From Hypanus sabinus (taxonomy: Eukaryota), in contig NC_082731.1 of NCBI RefSeq assembly GCF_030144855.1, forward strand, positions 20,646,001 to 20,710,000: a stretch of DNA of 64,000 nt, read 5' to 3'. Numbering within the stretch: the stretch's first letter is position 1; every line of letters starts with the position of its first letter. A program made the position numbers and the translations under genes. This document shows, piece after piece, positions 58,885 to 64,000 of the stretch. A model generated the notes under the pieces. The model was not told the DNA's origin, did no database searches, and saw only the letters and a list, made by a program, of their open reading frames with translations.

Positions 58885-60156
58885 CGTACTCGGTGCTTGC
58901 TTACTCTAATGGGTGCCTTCGGTGTTCCCTGAACATTCAATTCCAATTCGTCAATGGGGCGAAGACGACATCGCATTGTCCCTCCGGAGGGACTTCCCAA
59001 TGCTGCAGCGACGAGAGATACGCTCTTCAACGCACTGCCACTTCTCCTCCGAACAAATTCTGCCCTCTTCCTCTCTACTGTATTACTCTCCTCACGCATG
59101 TGATTAGTCGTGCAATGGAGAAAGCCGGAGTAAGATGAGGATCAATGTAAACAGTGTGTTGTGACAGAAGAGGAATTCGAGGGAAACGAGTGAGAAACGA
59201 AAAAGCGATATAACCTAAGAAATATGGAGGGCAAAATATGATGAAGGGCAAGAGAAAGTGAATAAATGAAGGAGAGCGAAACAGAACGAGAGAAAGAAAA
59301 CCGACGCTGAAGTTAGAAAAGTAGAATAAAGAGTAAGGAGATCTACGAGGACAGCAAGAGAGAGGCGGGAAAAAGACCGAGCGAGCGGGTAGGGCTAGAG
59401 TCGGGAAAGGAGGGATCTTCGGTTGATATCGAGAGAAGGACTAGCTGGGAGAGTGGGGAAGCAGAATAAAGACACAGCGATCAATAAAGTGGGAGAGAGA
59501 GAAGAAAGCGCAAGTGAGGAAAAAAGCAGTGAGAAGGAATGAGGTCGTTTGAGACTTTATGGAGCCACATTCAGGAGCAACATGTGCTCAAAATTGAGGA
59601 ACAATTCTTGAAAACAATGCGTACTGAGAGATACAAACGTTATTTTCTTAAGGAACGTCCAGTGCAATTTAATGTTCTTGTCATTACCCTTTTGCCCTCA
59701 GTCATATCGCAATTGGCAATTTTGCTAGACATTTATTTGACAAATTGATACTCTTCATTGAAGAATTGACGTTGAACATAGGAACAGAATGAGGAAATAA
59801 TTAGGAAGAAAGAAAGAAAGATAAATAAAAAAGAGGGTGCGTTACAGAGGGAGAGAAGGAGGGAAAGGGAGAGAGAAGAAGGATTGATAGGAAGCTATTT
59901 TAGATAGAACGCCAACTTCATTGTAGCATGATCTGAGAGTTCAGTATATTGGGTCCGACTTTGACCGCAGATGGAAATGGAATTGTTTTATTATTGCCAC
60001 GTATACCGAGATACAAGGATATAATGTTTTGAAATGTCGTATTCACCCTATTCATACCGATCGAATTATTGCAGAGTACAACGTGTTTGAATAAGATAAA
60101 CAATCAGGAAGCAAATTAAAATACAACATCGTCCGAAAAATTGTAGACAATTAAGA

Positions 60157-61720
60157 ATGAACAGGTGCTCAGGAAGCTTAATGGTCTGATGGTGGATAAA
60201 TCTCCTTGACCTGTTGTAATGCGCACTCAGTTTCTAAAGGGGCTGTTGCAGAGATTGTGCAGGCATTGACAATAATCTGTCAAGAAAATTATAGAATCTG
60301 CCATTGTACCAGATGACTGGAACCTCCAAATGTTACTCCACTATTTAAGGAGAATGGGAGGCAGCAGAACAAATATATAAACCTGTCAGACTGACATCAG
60401 TAGTTAGGAAGGTGTTGGAATCGATTATTAGGGATGAGATTACGGAAGACCTGCAGGTGCATGAAGAGATAGGCCAGAGGCAGCACTGTTTCCTGAAAGG
60501 AAAATCCAGTCTGACTAACCTACAACAATTTTGTGAGGAATTTACATGCAAGGTAGACAAAGGGGATTCAGTAAATGTGGTGTTCTTGGATTGTCAAATG
60601 GTGTTTGATAAGGCGCCGCACAGCATAAGAGTCCTTGGAGTTACAGAGAAGTTACTAGCGTGCGTGGAGCATTGGTAGGTCGGGAATAAAAAAAAGATAA
60701 AACAGAGTGGGAATATAGGGATCCTATTCTGGCTGACTGCCAGTTACCACTGGAGTTCCACATTTGTCGGTGTTGAGACCACTGCTTTTTACGATGTATG
60801 CCAATGATTTGGACTATGTGATTAATGCATTTGTGGATAAATTTGACGATGATACAAAGATAGGTGGAAGAGAAGGCAGTGTTGAGGAAACGGAGAACCT
60901 GCAGACTCAGATAGTTTAGCGAAACGGGCAAAGAAGTGGCAAATGAAATACTGGGTTGGAAAGTGTATGGTAATGCACTTTGCTGGAAGAAATAAACGAG
61001 CAAACTATTATTGCGATGGGAACAAAACTCAAAATACACAGATGCAAATGGAATTGGGAGTCCTTTTGCATGATGACCTAAAGGGTAACCTCCAAGTTGT
61101 ATCGGTGATGTAAAAGGCCAATGCAATGTTGAAATTCATTTGTAGAAATATAGACTATAAGAGCAGAGATGTGATTTTGAGGCTCTTTAAGGCACAGCAC
61201 TTGGAGTGTTCTTTGCATTTCGGGGCTCCTTATTTTTGAAAGTCACACTGACTTTGGGGAGGGTTCAGGCACTATTCACGAGAATTATTGCAGAATTAAA
61301 GGGTTACCGTATGCTGAATGTCTGACAGCACTTGGGCTGCAATCCCTGGAGTTCAGGAGAATGGTGGGAATCACTTTATTTCGAATGTTGAAAGGCCTCA
61401 AGGACTTAGATATGGCAAAGTTATTCCCCATGGTAGGGGTGTCTAGGACAAGAAGACTCGACTTCAGGATTGAAATAAGCCCCTTTGGAACAGAGATACG
61501 GAGAAGTTACTTTAGTCAGAGGATGGTAAATCTGTGGAATGTGTCATTGGTTCATTTAAGACAGAGATAAATAGGTTCTTGATTAGCCGGGGAATGAAAG
61601 GGTATGGGGAGAAGGCAGGAATGTGGGGATGACTGGAAAAATTAGATACACCCATGATTGAATGGCGGAGCAGACTCGACCGTCTGAATTGCCTACTTCT
61701 GCTCCTATATCTTATGGTCA
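60157..61720 (+). mobile_element. CR1 LINE RT/3' fragment (decayed)
   Basis: KPVRLTSVVRKVLESIIRD..QHCFLKGKSSLTNL..VVFLDCQMVFDK, FDDDTKIGG, RMVGITLFRMLKG..FSQRMVNLWN. Confidence 0.9.
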
Positions 61721-61791
61721 TATATTCTTTGGAAATGCGTGGAAACGAGAGATAATGTTACGTGAACACATACTACAGATACCATGGGTGT

Positions 61792-62992
61792 TGTCATGGT
61801 TTTGTCCGTGAAAACCGCATTCCGGCACAATGTCCGGTCCAAATTCTTTATTCCAGGGTTTCCGGTTTTCCTCAGTTTCTGTTGAGGCAGCTGATACTCG
61901 TTTGGGATGGTTTTATAAATAGCTTCAGGATTCAGCTATATTGGTGGCTGAATTGTTCCTTTCCCAAACACCTGTCTGTATCCCTTCCCTTCACCTTCAA
62001 ACTGGAGCCTTGTCTCAACACGGCTTACCTCGCCTTGCCTCGCGTGGAGCCTTGCCTTCATCGCTGTCAATTTCTACCACCGGAATAAGATAAGGAACTG
62101 TCTTTTGTTGTCTTGAACTGTCTCTGAGTCCAAGCCTTTGCTAGGTAGTTCTGGCCGTTTGCCGCTGCCCAGTGTTGGTAACTTTCTTTGTGTACTCGCC
62201 TTCACTAGATAGGTCCGGCCGTCTGCCGCTATCATGAGTTTGGAAAAGTCTCGTCGTATTCTGCATTCTGTGTAATGAGTCCCGGCCCTACGTCCTGTTC
62301 CCAAGGACGGGTCCCGGCTCTGTGTAAAACCCAGGCCCTATGTCCTGTTCCTAAGGATGGGTCCTGCTCTGTGTTCTGTGTTCCAGTGCTCCAGTCCAAG
62401 GCTCAGTGTTCCTGTACTCGTCCAAGGCTCTGTGGTGTTTTCATCCCGTGTCCAAGGCTCCGAGGAGGTTCCAGCCCTTGTCCAATGATCAGAGGAGGTT
62501 CCAGTCCGTGTCCAAGTACAAGCCGTAGCCTGGGACTTGAGTCCTGGTCTCGTCCCCGCTTCCCTCGACCTAGGCTCTGCGTTCGTGCTCTCCCTCGATC
62601 AAGACCGTCTGAGCTTCATGTCCCCGTCCAGCCCTGTAGTCTTTGTGCTGCCGCCACTTCCAGTTCTGTTTCCTTGCCACGCCCAGTGCTCGCCTGGACC
62701 CGGAGTCCGAGCCCGAGACAAGACATTGTTTCCGAGTCCCTGTTCAGTGTCTGGCTCGGTGTTCTTACCCAGGTTCGAGTTCGTAGTTCCCAATGCCCAT
62801 TTCCTCGTCTAGGTTCCACTTTCCTACTCTACCCCTGACCCATTTTCCTGTCTCTTGGTCTTGCCCAGAGCATATGTCCAGCGTCGTTTCTTCCCCACTT
62901 CCGTTGCTTCCTTCTCACGCCTAGTCCTGTTCCTGGTAGTTGAGTATCTGTGTCTTGCATTTGGGTCCGCTGCCAACGACTGCTTTATGACA
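61792..62992 (+). mobile_element. Solo LTR with internal short tandem repeats
   Basis: Terminal inverted TGTCAT...ATGACA. Internal ~49-bp duplicate (GGCCCTA.GTCCTGTTCC.AAGGA.GGGTCC) and TGTCCAAG repeats. No clear TSD. Confidence 0.65.
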
Positions 62993-63329
62993 GTTGGTCG
63001 AACTGAAACACGGTTCCTGGAGGTATCAGTATGCAGTCTTTATCACGGGGCCATATCGAAAATACTCCGAAAATGTCCATCGCCCCGTTTACCCCGAACC
63101 TCATACCGTATGCTTTAAATACTGACAACATTGATTCTTGCGTCACTCCGTTTACACACAGAGACTGATCAAGCTAGATTAGGTTACGTTAGGTAGTGAT
63201 TTATCTACAGGGATACAGTGAAAATACACTCTTGCATATCCTTAAAAGGATCAAATCATTGCATTGGGATTTGAGGTTGCATAAGCTGAGTCAACAACGG
63301 ATTTAGCAATACTGTTAAGCAACTGGAAA

Positions 63330-64000
63330 GAAGGTGTTGTGCAAGTTGACAAGATGGTGGAAGGTCATATTGATTTAGTTGGTGTTCAAGTGTTCAACTT
63401 CTTTTCCAGGGGATTTGTGCAGTTGTCTTTTATTAGCATTCTCGCGGGTTACCCTGATGCTTTTATAACTGTTGCCCAATCGCAGGGGAGAATGAACAAA
63501 TTTCCGGAAAGGTAGGATTTTGATCATGCTGGGTGCTTAGCTGATTCAGCAGGAGTGCAGATAAAATTCTCGTTCTATCAGTGATAAGCTCATAATAACT
63601 ATAGACAGTGATGTCTATAACTCTTCGCAATTTACTGCAGTCACGTGCAGAACATTTGCCATTCCCGAACATGACATATCTGGAAATAATGGTTTCTATA
63701 GGGTTCATCAAAGAAATAGACCGGGTCGATGGGAGCATGATAATTCTATTTTGCTAACTGAAGACTTAATGGCGTATTCGATCTTTCTTGGCCATGGCGT
63801 CCAAACGCTGAACCTGGAAAGGTAATTGTTGATGCTCGCTCTCCCCCTCACTATTGAAATCAATACCAGTTCATTTATTTTGCTGACACTGAGGAGACTG
63901 TTGTCATAGCAACATATCTGACTCTTTTCCGTACCCAACCTGCAGTTCATTGATGTTTCGCTGTTTCCCACTGCTTTGAGAAATGAAGAAAGATTGTTCA
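63330..64000 (-). mobile_element. Rex1/Babar-type retrotransposon 3' fragment (old)
   Basis: CCYDNSLLSVSKINELV and PIETIISRYVMFGNGKCSARDCSKLRRVID resemble the Rex1 RT C-terminus seen at 12.5-12.9k. Confidence 0.65.

Overview
Eukaryotic, non-bacterial DNA. The window is a germline T-cell-receptor V-gene array, most likely the TCR alpha/delta V region. The organism is most likely a cartilaginous fish, probably a ray; this is inferred from the V sequences and the CR1/Penelope/Rex1/Gypsy repeat content, not from a database search. The main V family (here family A) has a 46-nt leader exon, an ~84-86-nt GT-AG intron, a V exon and a heptamer/23-bp spacer/nonamer RSS. It occurs 10 times on the + strand. 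Four copies look functional (26099, 29002, 31951, 36063), one is broken only by a 1-bp homopolymer deletion (17584), and five are pseudogenes. The DNA between them is largely a fossil record of further decayed V families: B, C and D on +, E and probably F on -. These were amplified together as a multi-V cassette (B-D-A-F-E-C). A compacted ~2.9-kb derivative (intact A + empty V site + inverted B pseudogene) was recently duplicated in tandem at ~25.9-39.7 kb. Almost every A and B RSS is followed at a fixed distance (23-25 bp for A, 12 bp for B) by a CTCF-like motif, TCACYRGAGGGCGC. No D, J or C segments or 12-bp-spacer RSSs were found. Transposon relics include CR1 LINEs, Rex1/Babar, RTE, Penelope (with a minimal hammerhead motif), Tc1, several Ty3/Gypsy fragments and solo LTRs. 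There are six N gaps; three sit at the same (GA)n tract of the near-identical units, so the copy number of the young array depends on the assembly. All alignments were done by eye, and boundaries of decayed elements are approximate.
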